Assembly (NCBI GenBank): GCA_041750285.1
Contig: JBGSZS010000004.1
Coordinates: forward strand, 96,001-160,000
Length of the DNA: 64,000 bases
Reading direction: 5' to 3'
Source: Candidatus Fermentibacteraceae bacterium
GTDB lineage: Bacteria; Fermentibacterota; Fermentibacteria; Fermentibacterales; JCC-6
Shown here: positions 10,070 through 19,651 of the stretch, in pieces
Numbering within the stretch: position 1 is the stretch's first letter
How the letters are laid out: every line of letters starts with the position of its first letter
Program-made: the position numbers and the translations under genes
The notes under the pieces: model-generated
What the model saw: the letters and a program-made list of their open reading frames with translations, nothing else
Told to the model about the DNA's origin: nothing
Database searches by the model: none

Positions 10070-10672
10070 TCATCCCGGAATGGTCAGTTCCATGACCAAT
10101 CCGGCAAAGATCGGGATGCGAAGGTTGTCGTCGAGCGGAAGGTCGACGAGTTCCGCCAGGGCTGCCACGATGCTTCCCGCGAGGAGGCCAGCGGGTGTGA
10201 GAACCCATCCCAGACCGGCCGAGAGGGACAGAAGCAGCCAGGAGGCCCCCAGACAGGCTACAAGGGCTGAAAGTGTGCCTTCAAGGGTCCTGCCGCCGAA
10301 GAGGTGCGTCACGCCGAAATGCCTTCCCACGAGGGCGGCGGCGCTGTCTCCGAGGCTCAGGAAGACAAGGGATGCCACGGCGATCTCGGTTCTGAACACC
10401 ATGATAGTCAGCGCAGCGCTGGCAATGACAACCGTGGATGCCGTCATCCCCCCCTCCTGCTCCTTGGGGCGAAGCATCCTTCCGAACATGGCAAGGAAGA
10501 ACCTCCTGAATACTTCGTTCCTCGCCCGGAGCAGGTCGAGGAGAAGGAGGAAAAGTGCCGCCGCGCAGAGAAAAAGCACCATGTCGGTGCGCTGGATGAA
10601 CACCGCGGCCACGGGAATGACGACTGAAGCCGCATGAACGGCTTTCCTGAGTATCTCTTCGAAGAGGGGCAT
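10070..10672 (-). CDS. CTP-dependent polyprenol/diacylglycerol kinase-like membrane protein (cytidylyltransferase family)
   Basis: RKAVH, LGDSAAALVGRHFG, RTLEGT, ELVDLPLDDNL. Confidence 0.85.
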   Translation of the reverse strand: MPLFEEILRKAVHAASVVIPVAAVFIQRTDMVLFLCAAALFLLLLDLLRARNEVFRRFFLAMFGRMLRPKEQEGGMTASTVVIASAALTIMVFRTEIAVASLVFLSLGDSAAALVGRHFGVTHLFGGRTLEGTLSALVACLGASWLLLSLSAGLGWVLTPAGLLAGSIVAALAELVDLPLDDNLRIPIFAGLVMELTIPG

Positions 10673-10677
10673 TTCCT

Positions 10678-11760
10678 TCAGAAACCGATGCCGACGCTGA
10701 ACCTGTGAGTGTTCTCCAGCTCGTCGTGACCCAGCCAGGCGTAGTCGAGGGTGACCGGCATTCCGAACAGGCCAATCTTCAGGCCGATGCCCGCAGTCAT
10801 GTTGCCTTCGCTCGACCCAAGCCTGATCCCGACCGTGTCCCGGATAAGCAGTTCGATACCGGCCCTGGTATCGAGGCTGACCTCGCCCCTGCTGTATTGT
10901 GCGGAGTACTTGCGGCCCTCGAACCTGAAATCACCGTCGAGACCAACGGTGAGCACGGATGAGAACTTGCTCAAAGGTATCGAGAAGGCTGTGCCCACCT
11001 TGGCCGTGGGGTTAACGACCTCGGTGTGGCCGTTGTTCCAGAAAAGGTGGGTTCCGGTGATGTCCTGCAGGTTCAACCCCACTGAAAAAGCCGTGGTGGG
11101 CTTCCAGAGAAGTGCGGCGTCGAGCCCCAGCCCCCAGGCGCTGTAGTCCATGAGGTCGCGGTAGACCATTTTCACGTTGGCCCCGATGGAGAAGTCTTCC
11201 GAAAGGGGTCTGGCCCAGGAAAGGTAGAGGGCGTTGTCGGATGCGCTCTGCCAGGTTATGCGGCCCTCGTCGTAGATGATCTCTTCCCCGGGATCCCATT
11301 CGTTGTTGCCCTCGGTTCCACCGGGATTGGTGTCGGGGTCGTAGTCGTCGTTGCCCGAGTCTCCCGGTTCGCCCTGGCCGTCCTGGCCGAAGACGCCGTC
11401 GGCGCCAGTATCGTACCACTGCAGATTGCCGGTGTTGGCTATGCTGCCAAGATCGGTTCTGAAAAGCGATGCCCCGAGGGCGTCTGTTCCGAGTTTCCTG
11501 GTGTAGGCGAGGTAATCGTAGGCTATGAGCCCCCCGAACCTCTCGGAATGCATGAAGGAAGCGGTCTGACCAGTTGTGGCCGTGAGGCCGGCGGGATTCC
11601 AGTATCCGGCCGTCCCGTCGTTGCTTATGGCGGAGAATGCCCCGCCCATTGCCAGCGCACGTGCGCCGGCGCCCACGTACATGAACTCACCCGCATACTT
11701 CGCGGCGTGCGCGGAGCCGAGGGTCAGCACAGCAAAAATGGCCACCAGAGGTGTTTTCAC
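10678..11760 (-). CDS. PorV/PorQ-family outer-membrane beta-barrel (T9SS-associated)
   Basis: Signal peptide; GAGARALAMGGAFSAISNDGTAGYWNPAGL; C-terminal LDYA...THRFSVGIGF. Confidence 0.85.
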   Translation of the reverse strand: MKTPLVAIFAVLTLGSAHAAKYAGEFMYVGAGARALAMGGAFSAISNDGTAGYWNPAGLTATTGQTASFMHSERFGGLIAYDYLAYTRKLGTDALGASLFRTDLGSIANTGNLQWYDTGADGVFGQDGQGEPGDSGNDDYDPDTNPGGTEGNNEWDPGEEIIYDEGRITWQSASDNALYLSWARPLSEDFSIGANVKMVYRDLMDYSAWGLGLDAALLWKPTTAFSVGLNLQDITGTHLFWNNGHTEVVNPTAKVGTAFSIPLSKFSSVLTVGLDGDFRFEGRKYSAQYSRGEVSLDTRAGIELLIRDTVGIRLGSSEGNMTAGIGLKIGLFGMPVTLDYAWLGHDELENTHRFSVGIGF

Positions 11761-12098
11761 AACTTGCTCCCGTCGACCAGGTCACTGATGATCCTTCTGT
11801 CCTCGAGGCTGATCCGGGTGTAGAAAAGGCCGACACCCCAGGATCCGTCGGGCTGTTCTTCCTCGCGAATGACAACTGCCCTTGCTTCGATCTCGAACTC
11901 GGCGAGTTTCATCAGAACATCCACCCTCGTGAGATCACCCAGCGGAGTGTTGCATATGCAGTAAAGGCCCGAGGCGCTGACATTGAGCGCGGTCACGGGA
12001 AGCGAAGGCATTCCCGGAGTGCTCAGAAAGACCGCGACCTCTCCCGCACTGCGTTTCTCAGATCGCCTCTCGGATTGAATCAGCGCATCCTCGTTCAT
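11757..12098 (-). CDS. Single-domain PilZ (c-di-GMP-binding) protein
   Basis: ERRSEKR (RxxxR) and NVSASG (D/NxSxxG), C-terminal GVGLF. Confidence 0.85.
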   Translation of the reverse strand: MNEDALIQSERRSEKRSAGEVAVFLSTPGMPSLPVTALNVSASGLYCICNTPLGDLTRVDVLMKLAEFEIEARAVVIREEEQPDGSWGVGLFYTRISLEDRRIISDLVDGSKL

Positions 12099-12362
12099 AT
12101 AAGGTCCTACCTCGGTGCTTGGTAAATGGTTCCCCGGCTGATCCCGCAAAGCACGGCAGAAATATAAGACAAGCGACCAGGGAAGCGAAGTGCGGGACCG
12201 CCCGCACAGACCCTGCCGAAACAGACGCTCCCGGGCATCATTGCGGAAAGATACCCATTCCCGTATGTTCCGCAAGGTCAATCTTGACAGTGGGGGGTTT
12301 TTGTCAAAGTATACCGCTGTATGCCGGGGTCCGGCTTCTCAACACCAATGAAAGAGGGGAAA

Positions 12363-12722
12363 ATGAACGAGTTCAATATCAGCCCCAAGGAGATCGAAGA
12401 GGGCAAGACCATGGGCGGCGTGGCCTACATAACCTGGATCGGCCTGCTCATAGCTTTCATCACCGGGAAAGAGAACCGTTACGTCATGTACCATGTCCAG
12501 CAGGCTCTCATCGTTCTTCTCTTCGCCCTGCTCACCCCCATCCCGGTGCTCGGCTGGATCATCGGCCTCGGCTGCCTTGTTTTCGCAATAATCGGCCTTC
12601 TCAACGGCTTCGGCGGCAAGGTCCAGCCTGTTCCCGTCATCGGCACCATCGGCTACAAGTTCAACCTCGTTAAGCCTGCGGCCGCACCCACCCAGAGCGC
12701 CGGCACTCCCGACGTCGAATAG
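12363..12722 (+). CDS. DUF4870-like small membrane protein
   Basis: GAGGGG RBS; K.MGGVAY...ENRYVMYHVQQAL...PVLGWI...LLNGFGGK..PVPVIG. Confidence 0.75.
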   Translation: MNEFNISPKEIEEGKTMGGVAYITWIGLLIAFITGKENRYVMYHVQQALIVLLFALLTPIPVLGWIIGLGCLVFAIIGLLNGFGGKVQPVPVIGTIGYKFNLVKPAAAPTQSAGTPDVE

Positions 12723-12731
12723 CTTTTCCCT

Positions 12732-13823
12732 TCAGAGATCGATGGGGGCGGTTTCGGCCGCCCCCTTTCTCATGGTTCTTCCTATGGTGAGTTCGTAAAG
12801 ACCAACCCCGGCATCCTTCAACAGGATCCCGGCGAGTTCCGACCTCTCCTCCCTCCCGCGACAGAGGACCTGGGCGGTCCCGTCGCCCTGCGATCCCACC
12901 CCCTTGGCGCCCCACGCAAGCCCGCGAAGCGCGGGATGACAAAGCAGGGCGTGAAGTGCGGGAGAAGAGAGCTCACCCGGACAGCACGGAGCCACATGTT
13001 CGTCGAAGACCTTCTGTGCGCGGCCCATGAGCAGGCCAAGCGTCCGGGCATCCCCTTCCGAAAAGGCTTTGCATGCTTCTTCAAGGATGACCCTGTTCAC
13101 AGGCCCGAGCGCGTTCCTCAGCCCCCGGTCACCCCTGAGGAAGGCTTCGTTCAGGTCCCTGAGAATCCTGCGGGTATCCTTTCTTCCCTTGAGGTCGACG
13201 ATCAGGTAGTGGAACTCCCCGCCCGAAGGAAGCCCTTCGAAACCGAAACCGTCGCCGTCGAACGTGAGAAGCACCGGACGCCCCTTTCCCAGGGCGCAGG
13301 CCTGGTCCATCCTTCCGCACTCGCTTCCCGTCATCAGTTCGCCCCTGTATGCAAGGTCCATCTCCTCCTCCACGGACAATCCCAGGCCGTAGACGAGGTT
13401 GTATGCACGGGCCGTGAGAACGCAGATGGCTGCGGATGAGGACAATCCCTTCCCGAGCGGAAGGGTGCGGCGCAAAACATCCAGCCTGAGGCCGCCGACA
13501 CCGAGTTCCCGAACCATGAGGGCGGCGGTTCCGGCAGCGTAGGAATCGAACGAACGGCTCAACGCAACGCCCTGCAGAACCTGGTACTCCGCCCTGTATG
13601 TGTTGAACAGGCGCTCGTCACCGGAAGGGGAAACCTGAGTCAGCTCGAAGAAGTCCCCGGCACCCCGGGCTCTGGCGAAAAGTCCCTGATCGGTGCCTGC
13701 CATCAGGCACCTCCCGGGCTCGACGGAGGGGTCGGTGAGCCTGTGCGTGCCCGCCCAGTCCGAATGCTCCCCGAAAAGGCAGAGCCTTCCGGGAACGAAA
13801 AGGTCAAAACTGCCGTTGTTCAC
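12732..13823 (-). CDS. GHMP kinase (galactokinase/mevalonate kinase superfamily)
   Basis: PGRLCLFGEHSDW, PLGKGLSSSAA, CGRMDQ, GAKGVGSQGDG. Confidence 0.88.
   Translation of the reverse strand: MNNGSFDLFVPGRLCLFGEHSDWAGTHRLTDPSVEPGRCLMAGTDQGLFARARGAGDFFELTQVSPSGDERLFNTYRAEYQVLQGVALSRSFDSYAAGTAALMVRELGVGGLRLDVLRRTLPLGKGLSSSAAICVLTARAYNLVYGLGLSVEEEMDLAYRGELMTGSECGRMDQACALGKGRPVLLTFDGDGFGFEGLPSGGEFHYLIVDLKGRKDTRRILRDLNEAFLRGDRGLRNALGPVNRVILEEACKAFSEGDARTLGLLMGRAQKVFDEHVAPCCPGELSSPALHALLCHPALRGLAWGAKGVGSQGDGTAQVLCRGREERSELAGILLKDAGVGLYELTIGRTMRKGAAETAPIDL
12744..12770 (+). terminator. Intrinsic terminator after the DUF4870 gene (inside the 3' end of the convergent GHMP kinase gene)
   Basis: gggggcggt-ttcg-gccgccccc followed by tttct. 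Confidence 0.65.
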
Positions 13824-13835
13824 GATTCAAGCCGT

Positions 13836-15737
13836 TCACGAAAGCGGTTTCCCCTGATCGTCCCATCCGCGGAGGGCGTAGAGCTCGGACAACTGCTCCC
13901 GGAAAGCCTGAGGATCGAGGCTCATTGGGTGGCCGATGAAGGGGTTTACGAGGTTCTCGGGCCTTTGGAAGTACGGTATCACCGATTCGTCATCGGCCCT
14001 GCACCTGCCGAAATTCCTGATCAGAAGCCTTCGCTCGAGGCTCAGCACCCTGGCGCTGGCAGCGTCCATCTCCGCGTCGGTCCACCCGATGCCCGTCAGG
14101 GCGTTGAACATGTGCCTCTCGAAGGTGGGACCCTCCATGTCCCCCGCCCTTGCGAAATTGTCTTCGGTCCTGTTCGAGTAGATCCTCGGGAACACCTGGT
14201 CCCCAACGGTGAGAGAATCCTTCATCACGGACCGGTTGCCGTGCCATGCCGCTGCTATGGCCTTTGCCCCGTAACCGCTCCGGGGGTCGGCGGCATCGGT
14301 CGTGCCGTACACCCTTGCGGAAACCTCCTTTATCCTCTCCCAGGAAAGGCCGTGCACAGGCGAGCAGATCCTGCTCCAGCCCATGATGTTCTGTGCATAG
14401 CCGTGGGCGCTCGAGATGGGATCGCGGGTGTCGATGGCCCACTGCAGGGCGCTCACGATCCAGTACGGATGGAAGACGTAGTTGATGTGGTCGCCGTGGC
14501 CGTCCCAGTGACCCGCGTAACCCCATGCGGTGAACAGCCTGTCCATGCTTTCCCCGCCAACACCGAGTTCGTGACTGGCCCTGACGGTCCCCTCGGCCAG
14601 GGCGTTCCGGACCCGCCCCTCCCTGCGTGATATCCCCATGAGCAGGTGCTGCCAGAACACCGGGTCATCCACGTCAATCGGAACGCCGTCGACTTCCTTC
14701 AAAGAGCCCTCGTCCTTGAGGCTTCGAAGCCACGGCACCATTCCTATCAGGATCTCCCAGTGGTTCAGCCCCTCGTCGTTGGCGATCTGACCAACCTCGA
14801 AGCCCGCCTCGAAACCAAGTTTCCAGTCGTAGAAGCTGTTCGGGATCCCCGGGAACAGACCCGCGACGCAATCCATCTGGCCCGAGAGCTTCCTGCCGGG
14901 GCTGAGCACCGCGGGAACGCTGGTGTAGAACCGGGCATCGTAGCACCTCACGGCGCAGCCCTGCGTGCACGCCTGGAACTTCTGGCCGAACATACGCACC
15001 CTGTGGGGATCGAGCTTCGGTTCGTGTGGCCAGCCGTGCGAACCGTGGGCTTCTGCCCTGACAAGGTCGCAGACGAGCCGGAACCTCTCCGGGTCGTACA
15101 CCGGAAGGGGCAGGGTGCCCCTGACCGCGATCGCCTTCAGATTCTTCGAGCCCATGACAGCGCCGAATCCGCCCTGCCCCGAAGCGCTTTCGGTCTCGGT
15201 GGCGATGATGGCGATCCTGCAAAGGTTCTCCCCCGCGGGGCCGATGGCCAGAACCCGCCACCCCGGGCCGTCCATGAGGCGCTTCTGGGTCTCGTACATC
15301 CCCAGCCCCCAGAGCCCCGACGCATCCTCGACGGTGCACCTGCCCTGATCGATCCTTATCGAGACGGGGCGCGGGGCCCTGCCGGTTATCACCAGCCCGT
15401 CGAAACCCGAATGCTTCAGAGCGGGACCCCAGTGCCCCCCGAAAGACGACCGGGTGTACCATTCGTGCGGATGGCCCTGGGCGGAGAGCCCGCAAACCGT
15501 GGTCCTCCCCGAGAACGGAGCCGATGTGCCCGTGAGTGGGCCGGTGAAGATCATCAGTGGATTCTCCGGGCTGAACGCGCCGGTGCCTGGTCGAATGATG
15601 TCGAAGGCTATCCTGGCAGCCATTGCCCGTCCGCCGTACCAGTCCGGAAGAAGGTCTGCGGTGTCCTGGATGTCGACCGTGTTCCTGGTCAGGTCGATCC
15701 GCAGGATGCGTCCGGCGTAGCCACCGAAAGCGGTCAT
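13836..15737 (-). CDS. Aldehyde:ferredoxin oxidoreductase family (W/Mo-bis-pterin, YdhV-like)
   Basis: GYAGRILRIDL, PENPLMIFTGPLTG, GFDGLVITGRA, IGPAGENL, GFGAVMGSKNLKAIAVRG, C-terminal YALRGWD..GKP; ATG 15737 overlaps the upstream stop. Confidence 0.92.
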   Translation of the reverse strand: MTAFGGYAGRILRIDLTRNTVDIQDTADLLPDWYGGRAMAARIAFDIIRPGTGAFSPENPLMIFTGPLTGTSAPFSGRTTVCGLSAQGHPHEWYTRSSFGGHWGPALKHSGFDGLVITGRAPRPVSIRIDQGRCTVEDASGLWGLGMYETQKRLMDGPGWRVLAIGPAGENLCRIAIIATETESASGQGGFGAVMGSKNLKAIAVRGTLPLPVYDPERFRLVCDLVRAEAHGSHGWPHEPKLDPHRVRMFGQKFQACTQGCAVRCYDARFYTSVPAVLSPGRKLSGQMDCVAGLFPGIPNSFYDWKLGFEAGFEVGQIANDEGLNHWEILIGMVPWLRSLKDEGSLKEVDGVPIDVDDPVFWQHLLMGISRREGRVRNALAEGTVRASHELGVGGESMDRLFTAWGYAGHWDGHGDHINYVFHPYWIVSALQWAIDTRDPISSAHGYAQNIMGWSRICSPVHGLSWERIKEVSARVYGTTDAADPRSGYGAKAIAAAWHGNRSVMKDSLTVGDQVFPRIYSNRTEDNFARAGDMEGPTFERHMFNALTGIGWTDAEMDAASARVLSLERRLLIRNFGRCRADDESVIPYFQRPENLVNPFIGHPMSLDPQAFREQLSELYALRGWDDQGKPLS

Positions 15738-16219
15738 CCCTCCCCCCTTCCAGGCAGGGCGTCCTGTTCCGAGTCGGGCATGCCCCTGAAGGCAAACTCC
15801 GGATCGCCCGGTGAAAGGAACCGTATCACGCCGAACCGGCATGCCGCAACGCAGCGCGGTGCTCCCGAGCACAGGTCGCACTTCACCGGAAGGCCGGGGT
15901 CGTCCCGCCAGAACATGGCCCCGAAAGGGCACGCAGAAACACATGCGCCGCAGCGCACGCAAAGATCGTAGCCGATCACCATGGCTCCCGTGAGCGGGTC
16001 TCTGGAAATGGCGCCCGAAGCGCACGCCGCTGCACAGGCAGGGCTGTCGCACTGCCTGCAGTAGACATGCCCGTGTTCGCCCCCGAAAGGATCGAGCAGT
16101 ACAGCAATGGCTGATGCTCCGGGAACATGGTCACCCGCCCTGCCCTGGGCGCAAACGACGGCACAGTTCATGCATCCCGTGCAGGGCACGGGGTTAACAC
16201 AAAGCCGCAGATTTCCCAT
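15734..16219 (-). CDS. 4Fe-4S dicluster electron-transfer protein (DmsB/HydN-like AOR partner)
   Basis: CTGCMNCAVVC, CRQCDSPACAAAC, CVRCGACVSACPFG, KCDLC...PRCVAAC; GGAGG RBS. Confidence 0.92.
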   Translation of the reverse strand: MGNLRLCVNPVPCTGCMNCAVVCAQGRAGDHVPGASAIAVLLDPFGGEHGHVYCRQCDSPACAAACASGAISRDPLTGAMVIGYDLCVRCGACVSACPFGAMFWRDDPGLPVKCDLCSGAPRCVAACRFGVIRFLSPGDPEFAFRGMPDSEQDALPGRGEG

Positions 16220-16309
16220 TGACCTCCGAACTCTGGCCGCATGATAAGCCGGGGGGGGTAAGGGGTCAACCAAAATGCATGGGGCGGCCGGTCCGGGTAT
16301 ATTCCGCAA

Positions 16310-18481
16310 ATGGCGAAGAGAACAACGGTACTCCGCAAACGGGAGACAGAAGCGATAGTCGGTGCCGCCCTTGCCGACCCGTTCCAGCTGCTGGGAATGC
16401 ACCCGACTGCAGACGGGTTCATAGAGGTGCGTGCCTTCTGCCCCGGCGCCTCGTCCATGATAATGGTGCCGGACGAGGGTTCTCCACAGCCCATGACCAG
16501 GGTCCACGACGACGGGCTCTTCGTTTTCCGGACCCACAAGCGTGCCGATCCCTTCGCCTACAGGCTCACCGTGACCCGTGACAGGGTCTCATGGACCACG
16601 CGCGACCCCTACTGCTACCTTCCCCAACTGGGGGAGATCGACCTGCACCTCTTCAGCGAGGGCCGCCACCTCAACCTTCACAGGGTGATGGGCGCCCGGG
16701 TCAGGACCATCGGGGATGCCACCGGCGTCCTTTTCGCCGTGTGGGCGCCTAACGCCAGGGCCGTGAGCGTGACGGGCAGCTTCAACGACTGGGACCGCAG
16801 GCGCCACCCCATGCGCAGCAGGGGTGTAAGCGGCGTCTGGGAGCTCTTCGTGCCAGGCGTGGCCACGGGCGACCTTTACAAGTTCAGCATCATCGACGCT
16901 AACGGTTTCGAGCTTTCAAAGGCCGATCCCTACGCCCTTCGGAGCGAGGCGAGACCCGGAACGGCCTCGATCGTGGCCGACCCCGGATCGTACGAGTGGG
17001 GTGACACCGCATGGATGGAGGGAAGGAAACGGGAAAACCCTTTCTCCGCAAGGATCTCCATCTACGAAGCGCACGCGATGTCGTGGGCGGCCGGTGAGGA
17101 AAGGTACCCCGGCTGGGAGAAGCTTGGGGACTGGCTGATCCCGTACCTTTGCAGCATGGGGTTCACCCATGTCGAGCTCATGCCGGTGATGGAGCACCCC
17201 TACGACGGTTCGTGGGGTTACCAGGTCACGGGCTTCTTCGCCCCCACCAGCAGGATGGGAACCCCCGTGGAGTTCTGCAGGTTCGTCGACCGGTGCCACC
17301 AGAACGGGATCGGCGTGATACTGGACTGGACTCCCGCCCACTTCCCCATGGATGACTGGGCTCTGGCCCGGTTTGACGGCACCCACCTCTACGAACACGA
17401 AGACCCCCGTCTGGGCCTGCACCCGGACTGGGGAACCCTGATCTTCAACTACGGACGGCGCGAGGTCAGGAACTTCCTGCTCTCAAGCGCGATCCACTGG
17501 CTGGACACCTTCCACATCGACGGCCTGAGGGTCGATGCGGTGGCATCCATGCTCTACCTCGACTACTCCAGGAAGGAGGGACAGTGGATCCCCAACCGCT
17601 ACGGCGGAAGGGAGAACATCGAAGCCGCGTCCCTGCTCAGGGAGATATGCCACGAAGCAGGCTGCCGATTCCCCGGCGCACTGATGATAGCCGAGGAGAG
17701 CACCGCGTGGCCCGGGGTGACCCGTCCGCCCGAAGCCGGGGGGCTGGGTTTTCATTTCAAATGGAACATGGGCTGGATGAACGACACGCTCGAATACTTC
17801 AGCCGGGATCCCCTTTTCCGGAAAGGCCACTCGGGGGGGATCACGTTCAGCGCCGTATACGCCTGGAGCGAGAACTTCATACTGCCTCTCTCACACGACG
17901 AGGTGGTTCACGGCAAGGGATCGCTGTACGGCAAGATGCCCGGCGACGATTTCCGGAAAAGGGCCAACCTCAGGCTTCTCTTCTCGTATCAGTGGCTTTT
18001 TCCGGGCAAGCAGCTTCTGTTCATGGGTGGCGAGAGGGTGCAGCAGCACGAGTGGAACCCGGACGAGCCCCTTCCCATGGGCGACACCGGGATGGAAAGG
18101 TTCGTGGCCGCCCTGAACACCCTTCAGATGGATCACAGGCAGCTTCACCTCGAGGATTGCCGTTATTCGGGCTTCAGGTGGGTGGATTTTTCCGACGAGG
18201 ATTCCTCGGTCATCTCCTTCCTCCGCCAAGCCGAAGGGTACTCCCCCCTGCTGTGCGTGTTCAACATGACCCCGGTTCCCAGGGCGCCTTACCGCATCGG
18301 CGCACCTTTCCCGGGGAACTGGGAAGTCATCCACAACAGCGATGCCGGGCTGTTCGGCGGCGCGGGAGCCACCATCCCCGGCTCCTTCGCAGCAAACCCC
18401 CTTCCCGCGCACGGGTTCGGGTGGAGCCTGGAACTCAGCCTCCCGCCCCTCTCATGCCTCGTTCTACTGCACAGGGGCTGA
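16310..18481 (+). CDS. glgB: 1,4-alpha-glucan branching enzyme (GH13)
   Basis: FAVWAPNA, SWGYQVTG, DGLRVDAVASMLYLDYSR, IAEEST, KWNMGWMND, LSHDEVVHGK. Confidence 0.97.
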   Translation: MAKRTTVLRKRETEAIVGAALADPFQLLGMHPTADGFIEVRAFCPGASSMIMVPDEGSPQPMTRVHDDGLFVFRTHKRADPFAYRLTVTRDRVSWTTRDPYCYLPQLGEIDLHLFSEGRHLNLHRVMGARVRTIGDATGVLFAVWAPNARAVSVTGSFNDWDRRRHPMRSRGVSGVWELFVPGVATGDLYKFSIIDANGFELSKADPYALRSEARPGTASIVADPGSYEWGDTAWMEGRKRENPFSARISIYEAHAMSWAAGEERYPGWEKLGDWLIPYLCSMGFTHVELMPVMEHPYDGSWGYQVTGFFAPTSRMGTPVEFCRFVDRCHQNGIGVILDWTPAHFPMDDWALARFDGTHLYEHEDPRLGLHPDWGTLIFNYGRREVRNFLLSSAIHWLDTFHIDGLRVDAVASMLYLDYSRKEGQWIPNRYGGRENIEAASLLREICHEAGCRFPGALMIAEESTAWPGVTRPPEAGGLGFHFKWNMGWMNDTLEYFSRDPLFRKGHSGGITFSAVYAWSENFILPLSHDEVVHGKGSLYGKMPGDDFRKRANLRLLFSYQWLFPGKQLLFMGGERVQQHEWNPDEPLPMGDTGMERFVAALNTLQMDHRQLHLEDCRYSGFRWVDFSDEDSSVISFLRQAEGYSPLLCVFNMTPVPRAPYRIGAPFPGNWEVIHNSDAGLFGGAGATIPGSFAANPLPAHGFGWSLELSLPPLSCLVLLHRG

Positions 18482-18526
18482 ACAACAGCGCTTTTCGTAT
18501 ACTTCGGCAAAGGGACGGGAGGGCGG

Positions 18527-18943
18527 ATGAAATCCCACACGGCATACCTCTGGTTCCGGACCGACCGGAGGATGGAGTTTCTGAACATCACCGGCCAGGT
18601 GGAAGAAGAACTGGCAAAAAGCGGTATCAGGGAGGGGCTGTGTCTTGTGAACCCCATGCACATCACGGCCAGTGTATTCATCAACGACGATGAGCAGGGG
18701 CTGCTCGACGACTACGGGAAGTGGCTGGAAAGGCTTGCACCGCACGAACCCGGCCTTTACCGGCACAACCTGACCGGCGAGGACAACGCCGATGCCCATC
18801 ACAGGAGACAGGTGATGGGAAGGGAGGTCGTCGTTGCGGTGACTGCGGGAAAACTCGACCTTGGTACCTGGGAGAGGATCTTCTACGGAGAGTTCGACGG
18901 GCGCCGGCGCAAAAGGGTGCTGGTAAAGATCATCGGAGAATAG
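18527..18943 (+). CDS. yjbQ: YjbQ/UPF0047 secondary thiamine-phosphate synthase-like protein
   Basis: [40 protein letters not shown]. Confidence 0.9.
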   Translation: MKSHTAYLWFRTDRRMEFLNITGQVEEELAKSGIREGLCLVNPMHITASVFINDDEQGLLDDYGKWLERLAPHEPGLYRHNLTGEDNADAHHRRQVMGREVVVAVTAGKLDLGTWERIFYGEFDGRRRKRVLVKIIGE

Positions 18944-18952
18944 GAGAGAACC

Positions 18953-19651
18953 ATGCGAAAACTTGTCATCCTGCTTGCGGCAGGACTTCTGGCAGCGGCG
19001 GGGTGCGGAAGCCAGGCCTACCCTCCCTACCCCCCCACCATCAGTGTCAACGGGATCGGCACCGCCTACGCCGAACCGGAGATGGCCATCATCAGCTTCG
19101 GTTTCAACGTGACCGAGAACGACCCCGAGACCGCAGTGGAGACCGCGGCTGAGCTTGCGGAAACCGCCATCGAGGCCGCCGTCGAAGCCGGTGTTCCCAG
19201 GGAAAGCATCACCACCACCGGCTATTCCCTGTGGATCGAGGAGGAGTACGACTACGTCACCTACGAATACACGGGCAACACGCTCTACCACCTCGACCAC
19301 AGCATGCAGGTGAAGACCTCCGATACCGAAGAGGTCGGTGCCGTCCTGGCAGCCCTTGTCGGCGGGGGCGCCAACACTGTCTACTCGGTCCAGTTCACAG
19401 TGGAAGACAGGGCCGCGCTCTACGCCAAAGCCCGGGAGATCGCCCTGAACGACGCGGCCCAGTGCGCGGGTCAGCTCGCCTCCACCCTCAACGTCAGGAT
19501 CAGCGGCGTCCAGAGCGTGAGCGAATGGGTGGACAACTACGCCTACGGGTACGCGGAATCCTACGCCGGCGACGGCGCCTATCCCCCCGTGGACGGCGGC
19601 AGCCAGTCCATCACCCTCAACGTGAACGTCGCATACACCATAGAGCAGTGA
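18953..19651 (+). CDS. SIMPL (DUF541) domain lipoprotein
   Basis: Lipobox AAGC; TISVNGIG...PEMA...GGAN....VQF...AREIALNDA...A..LA. Confidence 0.88.
   Translation: MRKLVILLAAGLLAAAGCGSQAYPPYPPTISVNGIGTAYAEPEMAIISFGFNVTENDPETAVETAAELAETAIEAAVEAGVPRESITTTGYSLWIEEEYDYVTYEYTGNTLYHLDHSMQVKTSDTEEVGAVLAALVGGGANTVYSVQFTVEDRAALYAKAREIALNDAAQCAGQLASTLNVRISGVQSVSEWVDNYAYGYAESYAGDGAYPPVDGGSQSITLNVNVAYTIEQ

Noticed and set aside
14646..15971. 441-aa plus-strand ORF and other long overlapping ORFs (e.g. 18464-19723, 43029-44375, 48441-49748)
   Set aside because: Antisense or alternative-frame shadows of well-supported genes.
15738..16052. Cys-rich N-terminal extension of AOR in the ORF track
   Set aside because: Alternative frame of the upstream 4Fe-4S gene; AOR homology begins at ATG 15737.
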